NCBI GenBank assembly: GCA_963847445.1
Contig: CAWJZV010000024.1
Span: 160,001 to 224,000, forward strand
Direction of reading: 5' to 3'
Source: an uncultured delta proteobacterium
Lineage (GTDB): Bacteria > Desulfobacterota > Binatia > UBA9968
DNA length: 64,000 bases
Part shown: piece by piece, positions 9,139-19,877 of the stretch
Numbering within the stretch: position 1 is the first letter of the stretch
Layout: each line of letters begins with the position of its first letter
Position numbers and translations under genes: made by a program
The notes under the pieces: generated by a model
Told to the model about the DNA's origin: nothing
Seen by the model: only the letters and a program-made list of their open reading frames with translations
The model's database searches: none

Positions 9139-10803
9139 CTAATTCCCGCCAAGCGCCGCGACTTCTTCGACGGCAAAAACCGCCAGCGCTTCGCGCCGGT
9201 TGCGCACGGTGAGTTCGTGGCGCGGCAGGCTGGCCGTGTTCAACCCCGACTGCTTGGCGACTTCTGCCGAGATCACCAACTGACAGTGAAACTCCTTGGT
9301 CGCATCTTGCAGCCGGCTGGCGACGTTGACCGTATCACCGATAGCGGTGACGTGGATCGTGTCGCCGTAGCCCATGCGCCCTACCACCGCCGGCCCGCAG
9401 TGAATGCCGATGCCGATGCGCAGTGGCGCGCTGAGTTCTTCTGCGAGTGCTCCGCTGAGTTCGTCGACCCGCTCAATCATCGCCTGGGCAGCGGCAAGCG
9501 CTTGGCGGCAGCCTTCTTCGGGTCCGCTTTCGACGCCGAACAGCGCCATCACGCCGTCACCGACGAATTTGTCGATCATGCCGCCGCTCGAGACGATCGC
9601 CGCACCGACGGCGGCGAAATAGCTGTTCAAGAAAAATACTAAATCGTAGGGCAGCTTGGTTTCGGCGATGCCGGTGAACGAGCGGATATCGGCGAACATT
9701 ACCGCGATCATGCGTTCCTGGCCGGCGAGGTAAGCCGGTTGGCCATAACCCTCGCTCGCCTGAGCATGCGGCGGCAGGAGCGGCGTCACCGTGAGATTAT
9801 TCGTCGGCCGCAGCTGGCAGGCCAGTCTAACATCGGGCGCGGCGCCGACGCGCCGCAATACCTTCAACTCGCCGGCAGCCGGCGGCGGCAAATTCGCTGC
9901 GCCAAGAGTGACCCGCACTCGGCAGGTTGAGCAGCGCCCGCGGCCGCCGCAAACCGAAGCATGGGGAATCGCCGCTAAACGGCTCGCTTCGAGGACGGAG
10001 AAATTGCGCGGCGCCTGCACCTCCCGGCCATTGGGATACGTAATGCGGATGCGGCTGCGCCGCTCGACCAAACTTCGCGCATACCCGCGCTAGCAGCGCC
10101 AAGACAATCGCCGCGCCGAAAGTGATCAGCACGCCGTCATAGATCTGGTACAACACCGCTCGCTGGCTGCGCGGCGGCACTTTCGCAGCCACGAGGAAAC
10201 GCTCGAGCCATTCCGGCTGGCGCGCGATCAGGTTGGACACTTCCCGACCGGCACCGACGAAACCCAACAGCCCGCACACTGGGATAAGCAACGCCAGAGG
10301 CGAGCAGGTATGGCGCGATGCGCGGATACCATTTCTTCAATCGCAGCCAATAGTGGCAGCCGATACAGCCATGGGTCCAGGCGATGACAATCAGGATCGC
10401 CTGCTTCAATCCATCCATCGGCGCAGCATGCCAGAGGGTCAAAACCATCAAAGTGTAGGAATCGTCGACGCCAAAAAATTCATGGTTGAGCCGGGTGCCG
10501 ACGATATGGATCGTCAGCAACAGCGGAATGGTCAAACCGAATAACAGTTGCAGCATCTCGGCCACCGGCATGCGCCAATGGCGCCGCTGGTACAGCGCCC
10601 AGATCGCCAAACCCAAGTGGGTCAATAACGCGCTGTAAAGCATCGCCGTGCCGACCGGATTGCGCCACAAGCAGCAAAAACCACCACCGCCCCCACTCCA
10701 TCGCCGCCAGCGAAATCAAGCCGAGCGCATGATTGAGCAAGTGCGTCGACAAATAGGTGAGCAGAATTAGCCCCGTAACCAAACGTGTGCGCCGAACGTT
10801 CAT
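9139..10803 (-). CDS. Membrane-bound class III adenylate/guanylate cyclase with 2Fe-2S ferredoxin domain (CyaC-like); 2-3 frameshifts
   Basis: His-containing TM helices (THLLNHALGL, THLGL, HIVGTR, WTHGCIG), ferredoxin CGGRGRCSTC..RLACQ, cyclase FADIRSFT..DKFVGDG..IGDTVNVASRL. Confidence 0.85.
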
Positions 10804-11031
10804 GATTGCGCGCCAATCTACTACGACCGCGCCACCGCCGTCTATGCAACAACGCTGCAAGCCGAACAAGGTTATGATCCGAATTCCCGACGCCTCACCC
10901 CTTACCCCCCAGGCCTAGCTCCCATAGCCTTCCTCCTGTTGACTCCCTCCGCCAACTCGGCCTATTTATGGACGGTCAAGTTTTTCACCGCGTGCCGGAA
11001 CCGGCACGGGCTATTCGAAAGGAGCCAAATC

Positions 11032-12165
11032 ATGAGAGATGGATTTAAAATCATCGACGCCGACCGCCATGTGCTCGAGCCGTCGGATCTGTTCGCCAAA
11101 TATTTACCGGAAAAATTTCGCAGCCGGGTCGACATCCAGGGACCCAACCAGTCCTATCGTAGAGTAGACGGCGCGTTAATTTCCGACGCCGATCGGTTGC
11201 GCGACGCGACTAAACAAGAAGACTTCGGCTTTACCTTCGCCGCCTCGAAAAAATGGCGCGAGACCTTCGCCGATGCATTGGCGGCGAAATTCGACACCGC
11301 GTCCAACGTCCGCGACATGGACAAAGAAGGCGTCGACATCGGCGTCCTCTTCCCCACCGTCGGCCTGTACATCATGTGGCGTGACAATTTGGATCCCGAA
11401 CTCTCTGCCGCCATCTGCCGCGCCTATAACACCTGGATGTCGGACTATTGCAGCGCCAGCAACAAGCGCCTCTACGGCGTCGCCTTGATACCGCTACAAG
11501 ATCCGGTCCGCGCGGTGGAAGAATTGCAGCACGCCAAAAAGCTCGGCCTGGTCGGCATCTTCTGGCGGCCTAACAAAATCTGCGGCCGCACCCTATCGAG
11601 CCCCGACTACGATCCGATCTATGCGACCGCCGCCGACCTCGGCATGACCGTCTGCGTCCACGAAGGCGCGCGCACCGTGCTGGCGCAAGCCGGCTCGGAC
11701 CGCTACAGCGAGTTCGGCCGCCATGTCGCCTGCCATCCCTTGGAGCAGATGCTCGCCTGCTTGAATCTCTGCGCCGACGGCGTGCTGGAAAAATTTCCCA
11801 AGCTCAAGGTCGCCCATCTGGAATCGGGCTGCGGCTGGGTGCCGTTCTGGTTGGAGCGCATGGACGAGCATTGGGAACATGCCGGCCATGGCCAAGCCAA
11901 GACGACCAAAGAAAAACCGAGCTTCTACTTCAAGCGCCAATGCTGGACCAGCGCCGAAGCCGGCGAAGAGTTGGCGCCGGTTTTTGTCGAGCATGTCGGC
12001 GAGGATTACTTAATGGTCGCCACCGACTATCCGCACAGCGACTGCATCGGCAAATTCCCCGATCGCACCGTCGGCGATCTCACCACCAACAATCATCTCT
12101 CACAAGAAGCGCGCCGGAAAATTTTATGGGACAATCCGAAGCGCTTTTACGGACTGGAGGTTTGA
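11032..12165 (+). CDS. Amidohydrolase family protein (amidohydrolase_2)
   Basis: IIDADRHVLEP, VCVHEG, LESGCGWVPF, ATDYPHSD. Confidence 0.9.
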   Translation: MRDGFKIIDADRHVLEPSDLFAKYLPEKFRSRVDIQGPNQSYRRVDGALISDADRLRDATKQEDFGFTFAASKKWRETFADALAAKFDTASNVRDMDKEGVDIGVLFPTVGLYIMWRDNLDPELSAAICRAYNTWMSDYCSASNKRLYGVALIPLQDPVRAVEELQHAKKLGLVGIFWRPNKICGRTLSSPDYDPIYATAADLGMTVCVHEGARTVLAQAGSDRYSEFGRHVACHPLEQMLACLNLCADGVLEKFPKLKVAHLESGCGWVPFWLERMDEHWEHAGHGQAKTTKEKPSFYFKRQCWTSAEAGEELAPVFVEHVGEDYLMVATDYPHSDCIGKFPDRTVGDLTTNNHLSQEARRKILWDNPKRFYGLEV

Positions 12166-12170
12166 CTCAC

Positions 12171-13196
12171 ATGGGTAAGTTTCACGTAGTTTATTTTGGC
12201 AGCAACGATGTGCCGGTCGATCTGCTCAAGCCAATCCTGGCCGAGATCGACGCCGACATGACCATCCGCCGCCCGACCACCGACGCGGAAGTGATCGAAA
12301 TGGCCAAGGATGCCGACGGCATCATCATGCACGGCTCGGTGCCGCTGTCGCGCGAGATCATTTCGCAGTTAAAGCGCGTCAAAGTCGTCTGCCGCACCGG
12401 CGTCGGCGTCGACAGAATGGATCTCAAGGCCGCCGCCGATCACGGCCTGATCATCTGCAACGCCGCCGGCTGCAACTCCATCGAAGTCGCCGAGCAAGCG
12501 ATCGGCTTGATGATCGCGATCTCGCGCAAACTCGTGCGCATGAACCAATATGTCCACGACGGCAAGTGGAAACGCCACACCGCGGAACTGCACGCCTACC
12601 GCGGCCGGGTTTATCGAATCCAAGGCTGCACCATGGGCATCGTCGGCCTGGGCCATGTCGGCAAACAAGTCGCCCCGCGCGCCCAGGGCATGCGCTTGAA
12701 CGTGCAAACCTTCGATCCCTATCTCGATCCCAAAGTAGCCGAACAGATGAATGTGAAAATGGTCGCCTTCGATGAGTTGGTAAAGACTTCCGATTTCATC
12801 AGCGTCCACGCGCCGTTGACCAAACAGACCCGTCACATGTTCGGCATGCCGCAATTCAAGATGATGAAAAAGAGCGCCTATCTGATCAACTGCGCCCGCG
12901 GCGGCCTGGTCGACACCGACGCATTATATGACGCCCTGGTCGCCGGCGAACTCTCCGGCGCCGCCCTCGACGTCACCGACCCCGAACCCCTGCCCGCCGA
13001 TCACAAAATCTTGACGCTGCCCAACGTCATCGTCACCTGCCACACCTCGGCCAACTCCGACGAATCCTACGTCGATTGCCAGTCCCACGCCGCCAGGGAA
13101 GTCGTCGGCGTATTGAGCGGCCGAGGCCCAACGACGCAGATCAAGGATCCGTGGTTGTTGGCCGAAGCGCAGGATGAGGGATTTGGCGGAGTATAA
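12171..13196 (+). CDS. D-isomer-specific 2-hydroxyacid dehydrogenase (CtBP-like)
   Basis: RTGVGVD, GIVGLGHVG, INCARGGLVD, AALDVTDPEP. Confidence 0.92.
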   Translation: MGKFHVVYFGSNDVPVDLLKPILAEIDADMTIRRPTTDAEVIEMAKDADGIIMHGSVPLSREIISQLKRVKVVCRTGVGVDRMDLKAAADHGLIICNAAGCNSIEVAEQAIGLMIAISRKLVRMNQYVHDGKWKRHTAELHAYRGRVYRIQGCTMGIVGLGHVGKQVAPRAQGMRLNVQTFDPYLDPKVAEQMNVKMVAFDELVKTSDFISVHAPLTKQTRHMFGMPQFKMMKKSAYLINCARGGLVDTDALYDALVAGELSGAALDVTDPEPLPADHKILTLPNVIVTCHTSANSDESYVDCQSHAAREVVGVLSGRGPTTQIKDPWLLAEAQDEGFGGV

Positions 13197-13224
13197 TATT
13201 TGGGACGAAGCTTTCTTGCGATAA

Positions 13225-13257
13225 CAAAGGCCCGGGTCGTAATGACTCGGGCCTTTG
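13225..13257. terminator. Hairpin, probable bidirectional terminator
   Basis: caaaggcccgggtc-gtaat-gactcgggcctttg between convergent genes. Confidence 0.65.
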
Positions 13258-13361
13258 CTATTTGTAGTGGAGCACGCGCACTAATTTTCAACGCATCCTA
13301 AAGGTCGTTACCATGAAGAACGCGCGTCTTCCATTTCACTAATCAATTTCCAGAATGCTCT

Positions 13362-13823
13362 CTACCGAAACGTCCAACCTTTGTCTCGAATCAGCTGTAG
13401 CAGAGTTCGATGACTAATCCCGAAGTGGTCGCAGACGTTCGGTATCCGTGGACGATCCCCGGTTCCACTGCTCTTTTCTCCGGTCACAACGGTTGCGTTT
13501 TTTATTTTTGCAAGGGCGATCACAAACGGGTCCGCGCGGTTGCGGTCTTTCATCGCTCCGACGAGCCGTGGAAACTGATTCAAAATTTGCTGCGTTCCGA
13601 TTTGGACGTCTTCGTCAAGCGGTACGAACATCGCGCTGTTCACCTTAGCCCATTTATGAACTTCATCGTCTTTCTGACTTAACTCCAAAAGTACTTCATC
13701 AGGCGCTAGTAGTTCTTTAGCTTTGATCATTTCTTCAAGGTGTGACCAGAGCGATGGGAACACGTCCGGTGGATAATTTCTAACCCAGCCGTCGAGCAAC
13801 GCGCTCGTATCGATCACGTACAC
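13362..13823 (-). CDS. PIN-like domain protein (DUF4411-like)
   Basis: N-terminal YVIDTSALL, YPPDVFPSLW, ADPFVIALA..VVTGE..RIPNVCDHFGI. Confidence 0.85.
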   Translation of the reverse strand: MYVIDTSALLDGWVRNYPPDVFPSLWSHLEEMIKAKELLAPDEVLLELSQKDDEVHKWAKVNSAMFVPLDEDVQIGTQQILNQFPRLVGAMKDRNRADPFVIALAKIKNATVVTGEKSSGTGDRPRIPNVCDHFGISHRTLLQLIRDKGWTFR

Positions 13824-13837
13824 CAGTTAAGTCCGAT

Positions 13838-15022
13838 CTAAGCCGCGCGATCCGCAACATCCTGCTCAATAGTGGACAAATGCTTAAGTTTTACGCCCAA
13901 CATCTCGGCTACATCGGACGAATTGATTGCTTCAGTGTGGTAGGCCTCAAGGACCAGCCGAATAAAAGTCCTTCCCAAGTCACGGGTCTTGAGCACGTGG
14001 TGTGGCACAAACCCGCCTTGAGTTCGTTCCGCGTCTCTCCTGTAGGCGTCAACAATTTCTTGACGCCTCTGTTGGTAAAACGATTGCGATATCCGGCCTA
14101 GCGTAAGCAGACGACGCAGTACAACCTCCTGGCTGACGGAATACTTTTCAGCGAGCTGGCGTATCTCCGCCTCCGCCCAAGTTGCACGAGATGCTTTACC
14201 AGTCACAAGCGGCTCGCTGAGAAACTCTCTCGATGGTAAAAGAAAAACTCCAGCGACTTGGTTACAAAAGATTTCGGTCATTTCTTCTTGGCTTCCCCCT
14301 CGTGTTGTCGTGTGAAGATCGCATAGCCCTCCACGATTCAGCAGAACATGAGCAAACTCGTGGATAAGCGTAAATACTCTTCCGCGCGGAGAGTCTTTAG
14401 CGTTTACAACGATAACGGGATACATCGCGGCACTGATTGAAAACCCACGAACTTCGTCGAGAGTCACTGCACCAGTTTGAAAAACGAGAACACCGACCCT
14501 CTCCAAGGCAGAGATCCAACCGTGGAGGGCCTCATATCGGCCCCGCCAATCGTACTGTTCTTCCAATGTAACACCGAGAAGTTGTCGCGCTTCAGCAGCA
14601 ACATGATCCGCATCACGTAGATTAGACCTGACTATATGAGTTCGCGGAGGATCAACTCCAATGCTCGCTGCGAGTTCCAATGCCATTTCGCGACGCATTT
14701 GTGCGCGTCTGATTTCCAAGCTCAATTTTGGGCTTGCCGGCGCCTGTGTTAGGTCCGGCAACCGGCGAAAGTCTTTGAGTGCGTCAAAATCGCGAGGGGC
14801 TTCCGAAAGAAAAAAAACAGCCAACGGCCGTTTATAAACGTTTGCCGCCTTTCGCAATTGCCCAATGGTAGGACTGGAAATGCCAGACTCGGATTCCCAT
14901 TCGGACAGCTTAGACTCCTTGACGCCAATCTTCCTCGCCGCATCTGCTAGCGGAAGATTGAGGCTTTCACGAGCCCACTTGAGCACAGAAGGCCTAACTA
15001 ACGCCTTTATCTGTTTAGCCAT
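13838..15022 (-). CDS. XRE-HTH + ImmA/IrrE-family metallopeptidase
   Basis: N-terminal HTH (LKWARES..LSEWES..PTIGQLRKAA), RVFTLIHEFAH zinc motif, EIFCNQVAGVFLLP. Confidence 0.9.
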   Translation of the reverse strand: MAKQIKALVRPSVLKWARESLNLPLADAARKIGVKESKLSEWESESGISSPTIGQLRKAANVYKRPLAVFFLSEAPRDFDALKDFRRLPDLTQAPASPKLSLEIRRAQMRREMALELAASIGVDPPRTHIVRSNLRDADHVAAEARQLLGVTLEEQYDWRGRYEALHGWISALERVGVLVFQTGAVTLDEVRGFSISAAMYPVIVVNAKDSPRGRVFTLIHEFAHVLLNRGGLCDLHTTTRGGSQEEMTEIFCNQVAGVFLLPSREFLSEPLVTGKASRATWAEAEIRQLAEKYSVSQEVVLRRLLTLGRISQSFYQQRRQEIVDAYRRDAERTQGGFVPHHVLKTRDLGRTFIRLVLEAYHTEAINSSDVAEMLGVKLKHLSTIEQDVADRAA

Positions 15023-15302
15023 CGGTTTTTACTGCTAACAACGATCCATGGAGATTCGACTTTAGGCCAAGATTGAGACAAAACATAGGGTAGGCCTTAG
15101 CCACGAGTCAAGGATATTGTGGACTGGAAACAAAATTGTGAACTTTAAAAACGCCGGCCCGTAAGAAACACCATACTCGAGTGAGCTAAGGACAGCCCAA
15201 CTGAAGGTTCTGGAGTCTACGCAGGCAGATTGTTTCCCTTGAGTCGGAAGCTGGTTTCGCGCTAGGAACTAACAACAGTAAATTATTTGGGATAATTATC
15301 AC

Positions 15303-16517
15303 ATGGCCAATCCCCGCATCATCATCGCCGGAGCCGGACCGGTGGGAGTCGTTTCCGCACTTGCGCTGGCGCAGCAGGGCTACGCGGTCACGCTGCTCGA
15401 GGCCGACGCGGTGATTGACGATAATCCGCGGGCGGCGACGACCCATCCGTCGACGTTGGAGATGATCGCGCGGGTTGGCTTGATCGATCAGTTCATCAAG
15501 GAAGGCCTCGTGGCGCGCTATTTTCAGTTTTGGGATAAGCCGACGCGGATACGCATCGTTCAGTTCGATCATGAGCTTTTGCGCGAGGAGACGCCCTATC
15601 CGTTTGTCGTGCAGACCGAGCAGCATAAACTCGCACGCATGGGCATCGAGCGGCTTAAAACCTTTGCCGATGTCGAGGTGCGATTCTCCACTCGGGTTAC
15701 CGGCGTGACCCAGGACGCCGATGGAGCAACGGTAACGGCGGAAGGACCGAATGGTTTGGAGTCTTTTCGCGGCGATTGGATCATCGGCGCGGACGGCGGG
15801 CGCAGCACGATACGAAAATCACTAGACATCGACTTCGAAGGCTTTACCTGGCCGGAGAATTTTCTCGTGCTGACGACGACGGAAGACTTTCAGCAGCTGC
15901 TCGGCGGCTGTTGCTATCGCAACTATCTCGCCGATCCTGATGAATGGACGAATCTATTCAAGGTCGCCGGTGATGACGGCAAGGGGCGCTGGCGCGCTGT
16001 GTTTCCGACCAAAGTCGACGAGAGTGACGAGCAGGCGCTGGGCGACGAGTCGACCTACTCGCGTTTGCAGCGGGTCTATCCATTGAACCGGCGCTACAAC
16101 GTCGTCCATCGCAATCTCTACAAAGTGCATCAGCGTGTCGCCGCCACTTTCCGCAAAGGCCGCGTGATCCTTGCCGGCGATTCGGCTCATGTGAACAACT
16201 CCGTCGGCGGCCTGGGTCTCAACAGCGGCATTCACGACGCCATGGAACTGGTCGACACGCTGCATGAGATTATCGACAACAAAGCCGATCACGCCTTGCT
16301 CGACCGCTATACGCGCCGGCGCCGCGCCAGCAATATCGAATCGGTCCAAGAGCAAACCATCGCCAACAAAAAGCGCCTTGAAGAGCGCGACCCCACGGCG
16401 CGTCAAGCCCGCTTCGACGAGCTGCGCGCCACCGCCGAAGATCCGAAACAGCACAAGGAATTTCTCCTGCGCACATCGCTGATCGCCAGCGTGCGCAAAG
16501 CGCGGAGCATCGACTAA
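15303..16517 (+). CDS. FAD-dependent monooxygenase (aromatic hydroxylase type)
   Basis: GAGPVG, IGADGGRSTIRK, LAGDSAHVN..GGLGLNSGIHDA. Confidence 0.92.
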   Translation: MANPRIIIAGAGPVGVVSALALAQQGYAVTLLEADAVIDDNPRAATTHPSTLEMIARVGLIDQFIKEGLVARYFQFWDKPTRIRIVQFDHELLREETPYPFVVQTEQHKLARMGIERLKTFADVEVRFSTRVTGVTQDADGATVTAEGPNGLESFRGDWIIGADGGRSTIRKSLDIDFEGFTWPENFLVLTTTEDFQQLLGGCCYRNYLADPDEWTNLFKVAGDDGKGRWRAVFPTKVDESDEQALGDESTYSRLQRVYPLNRRYNVVHRNLYKVHQRVAATFRKGRVILAGDSAHVNNSVGGLGLNSGIHDAMELVDTLHEIIDNKADHALLDRYTRRRRASNIESVQEQTIANKKRLEERDPTARQARFDELRATAEDPKQHKEFLLRTSLIASVRKARSID

Positions 16518-16671
16518 CTGAGGTCACTTCGCGGATGCTGGCGAATCCGATTCGAACAGCGCCCCCTCGTCACGGCACAATCCTGTTCCGATTCCGCCGC
16601 AAACCGCCCACTTCACGGAAGGCTCTAGCCAATTAAACGAAATCCCTGGCAATCGAAGGAACCTATGCTCG

Positions 16672-16687
16672 GGGCATGGTAGTTGCT
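16672..16687 (+). promoter_or_regulatory. Putative sigma54 -24/-12 promoter
   Basis: gGGCATggtagTTGCT has the GG-N10-GC spacing and lies ~38 nt upstream of ATG 16725. Confidence 0.45.
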
Positions 16688-16724
16688 GCTCCAATTACTG
16701 GAACGAATGGGAGGGGCATACACT

Positions 16725-17297
16725 ATGAAGAACTATTTGACAGCCGGAATCCTGTTGGCACCATTAGCGACGGCGGCGGCCTTCGCCCAGAGCGGCGACG
16801 AGGATTTTTACCAGCAGTGGGTCAATATCAAAGACGGCGAAGTTTCCGTCGCCTTCAATCAGACACCCGTGCAATTCGCTCTCGATGCGTTTCACGCCAA
16901 GACCGGATTTAACATCGTCGTGCCAGCGTCGACGGAGTCGAAGACCGTCAATCTGCGTTTGCATCGTCAACCCTTCGAACCGGCGGTTCGTTCGCTCATC
17001 TCCACCATCGGTTACGACAATTTTGCCATGGTCTACGATCAGAAAGGCCGGCCCCATAGCGCAGTGGTTCTCGGCGCGCGGGCACCCGCCGGGGTCGAAG
17101 CATCGAACACCGCTGCACCGATCGCGCCTCTGACCATCGAAGAGCGCGACCGGCTCAAAAAAGAAATCGACCGCTGGAATGAACTGAAACAGGAAGAGCG
17201 CGGCCGCATCGAAGAGCGCTTGCGTAACGTGCCGGCGTCGGAAGACCGCGAGATTCTGGTCCGAGAGTATGGCCGCCAGGTCTTAGGCTTGAAGTAA
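16725..17297 (+). CDS. Exported hypothetical protein (STN-like N-terminal domain, helical C-terminus)
   Basis: Signal peptide (..AAFAQ), segment resembling secretin/TonB N-terminal (STN) domains, charged helical tail. Confidence 0.6.
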   Translation: MKNYLTAGILLAPLATAAAFAQSGDEDFYQQWVNIKDGEVSVAFNQTPVQFALDAFHAKTGFNIVVPASTESKTVNLRLHRQPFEPAVRSLISTIGYDNFAMVYDQKGRPHSAVVLGARAPAGVEASNTAAPIAPLTIEERDRLKKEIDRWNELKQEERGRIEERLRNVPASEDREILVREYGRQVLGLK

Positions 17298-17374
17298 GTC
17301 GATCGAACGTCGGAGGACGAAGCGGCGCAGCGATATGCGCGCTTCCTTCTTCCGCCTTCATCCCTCAGCCTTTA

Positions 17375-18529
17375 TTACTTTTCCCACAATTCTTTAGTCG
17401 CGATGCGCGCCCCTTCGGCCATCGCCTCAAACTTCGCCCAGCCCACCTGCGGATGGCCGACCCGCGAGCCGATGCCGCAATCGGTACCGGCGATGAGGTT
17501 TTCCTTGCCGACGATCTTGGCGTAACGCACCAAACGGTCGGCGATGGCCCGCGGATGCTCGATGAAATCGCTGTAGTGGCCGACGACCCCGGGCATGAGC
17601 ATCTTGCCATCCGGCAGCTTCACCTCTTCCCAGACGCGCCACTCATGATCGTGGCAGGGATTGGACGCCTCGATGGAGTAGGCGCTCGCTTTAACTTTAA
17701 GAATCAGATCCGCAATGTCCTTGAGCGGCACGTCGTATTTGTGCGGCCCATGGTAACTGCCCCAGCACATGTGGAAGCGAACGCGCTCTTCGGGCAAGCC
17801 GGCGAGCGCATGGTTCAGCGCAGCGATGCGCAGCTCCTGATACTTCCGGTAATCCGCCAGCGACATTTCCGGATGCATCTGCCAGGCATCGGCGAGATCG
17901 GGATCATCGATCTGCAAGACAAATCCGGCATCGACGATCGCTTGGTACTCTTCACGCATCGCGCCGGCGATGGCAAAGAGATACTCCTCGGTGGTTTTGT
18001 AATATTCGTTCTTCATCCAATGCTCCATCGTGCCGGGAGCGATGGCCGGGAGAAATGCCTCGGTGTACTGCTTGCCTTGGAGCGCCGCTTTAAGATTGGC
18101 GATGTCGGCATTAACTTCATCCTGGCCGATATACTTGAGCGGCTCGACGCAGTAGAACACCCGGGCGTGATGGCCGATGGCGGTTCTGCCGCCGCGGTTG
18201 AAATATTCGGTGAACTCCTTCATGTCACGGCCGAAGATCGATGTCGGTTTGAAATCCGCCCCGGCCTCGCGCTCGACGAATCCGCCGAGCCGCTCTTTGG
18301 TATAGCGGGAGAAATTCGACTTGCCCAGCTCGCCGTCGTTGACCACGTCGATGCCGCAGTCGATCTGCTTTTGCACGACTTCGGCCACCGACTCGCGGGT
18401 CCGCTTGGCCAGCGCCGCGCTGTCATAAGGCTTACCCTCATTGCGCGCCACCAACATCTCCATCAAATCCTTGGGCCGCGCCAAACTGCCGACATGCGAG
18501 ACTAAAATCCGATCCGTGCTATGTTTCAT
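17375..18529 (-). CDS. Cobalamin-independent methionine synthase II (MetE C-terminal-like) family protein
   Basis: SHVGSLARP, LQIDDPDL, HMCWGSYHGPH, AGTDCG; own RBS GGAGGAG. Confidence 0.9.
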   Translation of the reverse strand: MKHSTDRILVSHVGSLARPKDLMEMLVARNEGKPYDSAALAKRTRESVAEVVQKQIDCGIDVVNDGELGKSNFSRYTKERLGGFVEREAGADFKPTSIFGRDMKEFTEYFNRGGRTAIGHHARVFYCVEPLKYIGQDEVNADIANLKAALQGKQYTEAFLPAIAPGTMEHWMKNEYYKTTEEYLFAIAGAMREEYQAIVDAGFVLQIDDPDLADAWQMHPEMSLADYRKYQELRIAALNHALAGLPEERVRFHMCWGSYHGPHKYDVPLKDIADLILKVKASAYSIEASNPCHDHEWRVWEEVKLPDGKMLMPGVVGHYSDFIEHPRAIADRLVRYAKIVGKENLIAGTDCGIGSRVGHPQVGWAKFEAMAEGARIATKELWEK

Positions 18530-18594
18530 AATACTCCTCCGATAACTCTTATCAACGATTGAAACCTTTGGAACGACTGGAACGATTGGAACTA

Positions 18595-19738
18595 TCATTG
18601 CTTTCGCCGGCAGCGCCTTCTTGACCAAATCGCGAATTGTTTCAATATCATCGATCCATTCCGTCTTGATCCACAGGTAGCGCCCGCCTTTGCTTCGCTT
18701 GGCTATATCGAGAACCTTATCCTTGGGAATGTCTTCGCGCAGCGAATCATATTGGCCGAAGGTCTTGGCATTGTGCTCTAGCCAAGTGCTCTGTCCTTCT
18801 TTGGACAGCAGCCAATTGATCGCCACCTTGGCGGCGTTGGGATGGGGCGCGCGGTTGAAGAAACTCAGCGTGCCGTTGTAAGTCGCCAGCGACGCCCCTT
18901 CCTTCATATGGTTGGGAACGAATTGGTTGATCGGCAGTCCCTGCGCGATCGCTTTGTCGACATCACGGGCGCCGAAGCCGAGCGCATGGCGCCCGGTGCT
19001 GAGCCAGTCCATCAGCTGGTCGTCCGAGCGCACGATGGTCATGTTGGTTTCGGCGTAGAGCCGGCGCAGAAACTCCGGACCGAGCTCGGGATGCTTGTAG
19101 AAAAAAATCTGCGGCGTATTGATCGGCCCGGCCACCAGCGGATCGATGGTGACGATCTTACCCTTCCATTTGGGATCGAGCAGATTCCAGTAGGAGCGAA
19201 TCTCCGCGGCATTGACCAGCTTCGAATTAAACGTGATATCGCCCGCCCGCGGCGTGCCTTCGAAGACGAAAATATGGCGGTTCTCCGGATCGTTGTAATG
19301 ATGCTTGCCCTCGAACCAATTGGCTTCGTTAAGAATCTCGGGCAGCACCAACAGCGGCTTGATCGGCTCGAGGATCTTGGCTTTGTGAAACACCGTCAGC
19401 GGCGTGACGTTGCCGGTGATGCACAGGTCGGCGATGTATTTCTCGCCGCGCCGCTCGCTCATCACCCGCTGGCCCAGCTGAAACCCGCGGCCGACTACTG
19501 ATGTAACCTTGATCTTGGGATACTTCTTTTGAAACCCGTCGCGAAACACCGACTCGAACGCCGAGGTCATGTAAATGCTGACCGCGCCCTCTTCCTCCGC
19601 GGCTTTCACGGTCTTTTCCCAATCCGCTTGCCAGGCCGCCGGCTTAACTTCAGCGGCATGGCCCAACGATTCGACCATGACTGAGAACAGCGTCAACAGA
19701 ACCATTGCATAGACATCACGAATCGATTTTGCGGTCAT
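18595..19738 (-). CDS. Extracellular solute-binding protein (iron/thiamine/polyamine-type ABC SBP)
   Basis: Signal peptide, WEKTVKAAEEEG, LLDPKWKGKI, APHPNAAKVAINWLLS; true stop inferred at TGATAG 18592-18597 after a 1-nt indel. Confidence 0.8.
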
Positions 19739-19877
19739 GGGCAGGCTTCCTTTCGCACGCCGGGGAAATTAATCAATGGCCCGGTCAAAACGATACATGG
19801 AGGTAAATTTCTCAATTGATAATGTAAGCGGACCAGCCGATATGCCGCGGCGAAAATTTTATCGATGTCTCGGCGTC

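Noticed and set aside
17375-19738. 787-aa solute-binding protein / MetE-like fusion
   Set aside because: Removing one base from the T-run at 18602-18604 gives PAKQ-TGA-TAG. The linker is a translated intergenic microrepeat (IVPIVPVVP), and the MetE-like part has its own GGAGGAG RBS. Most likely an indel artefact.
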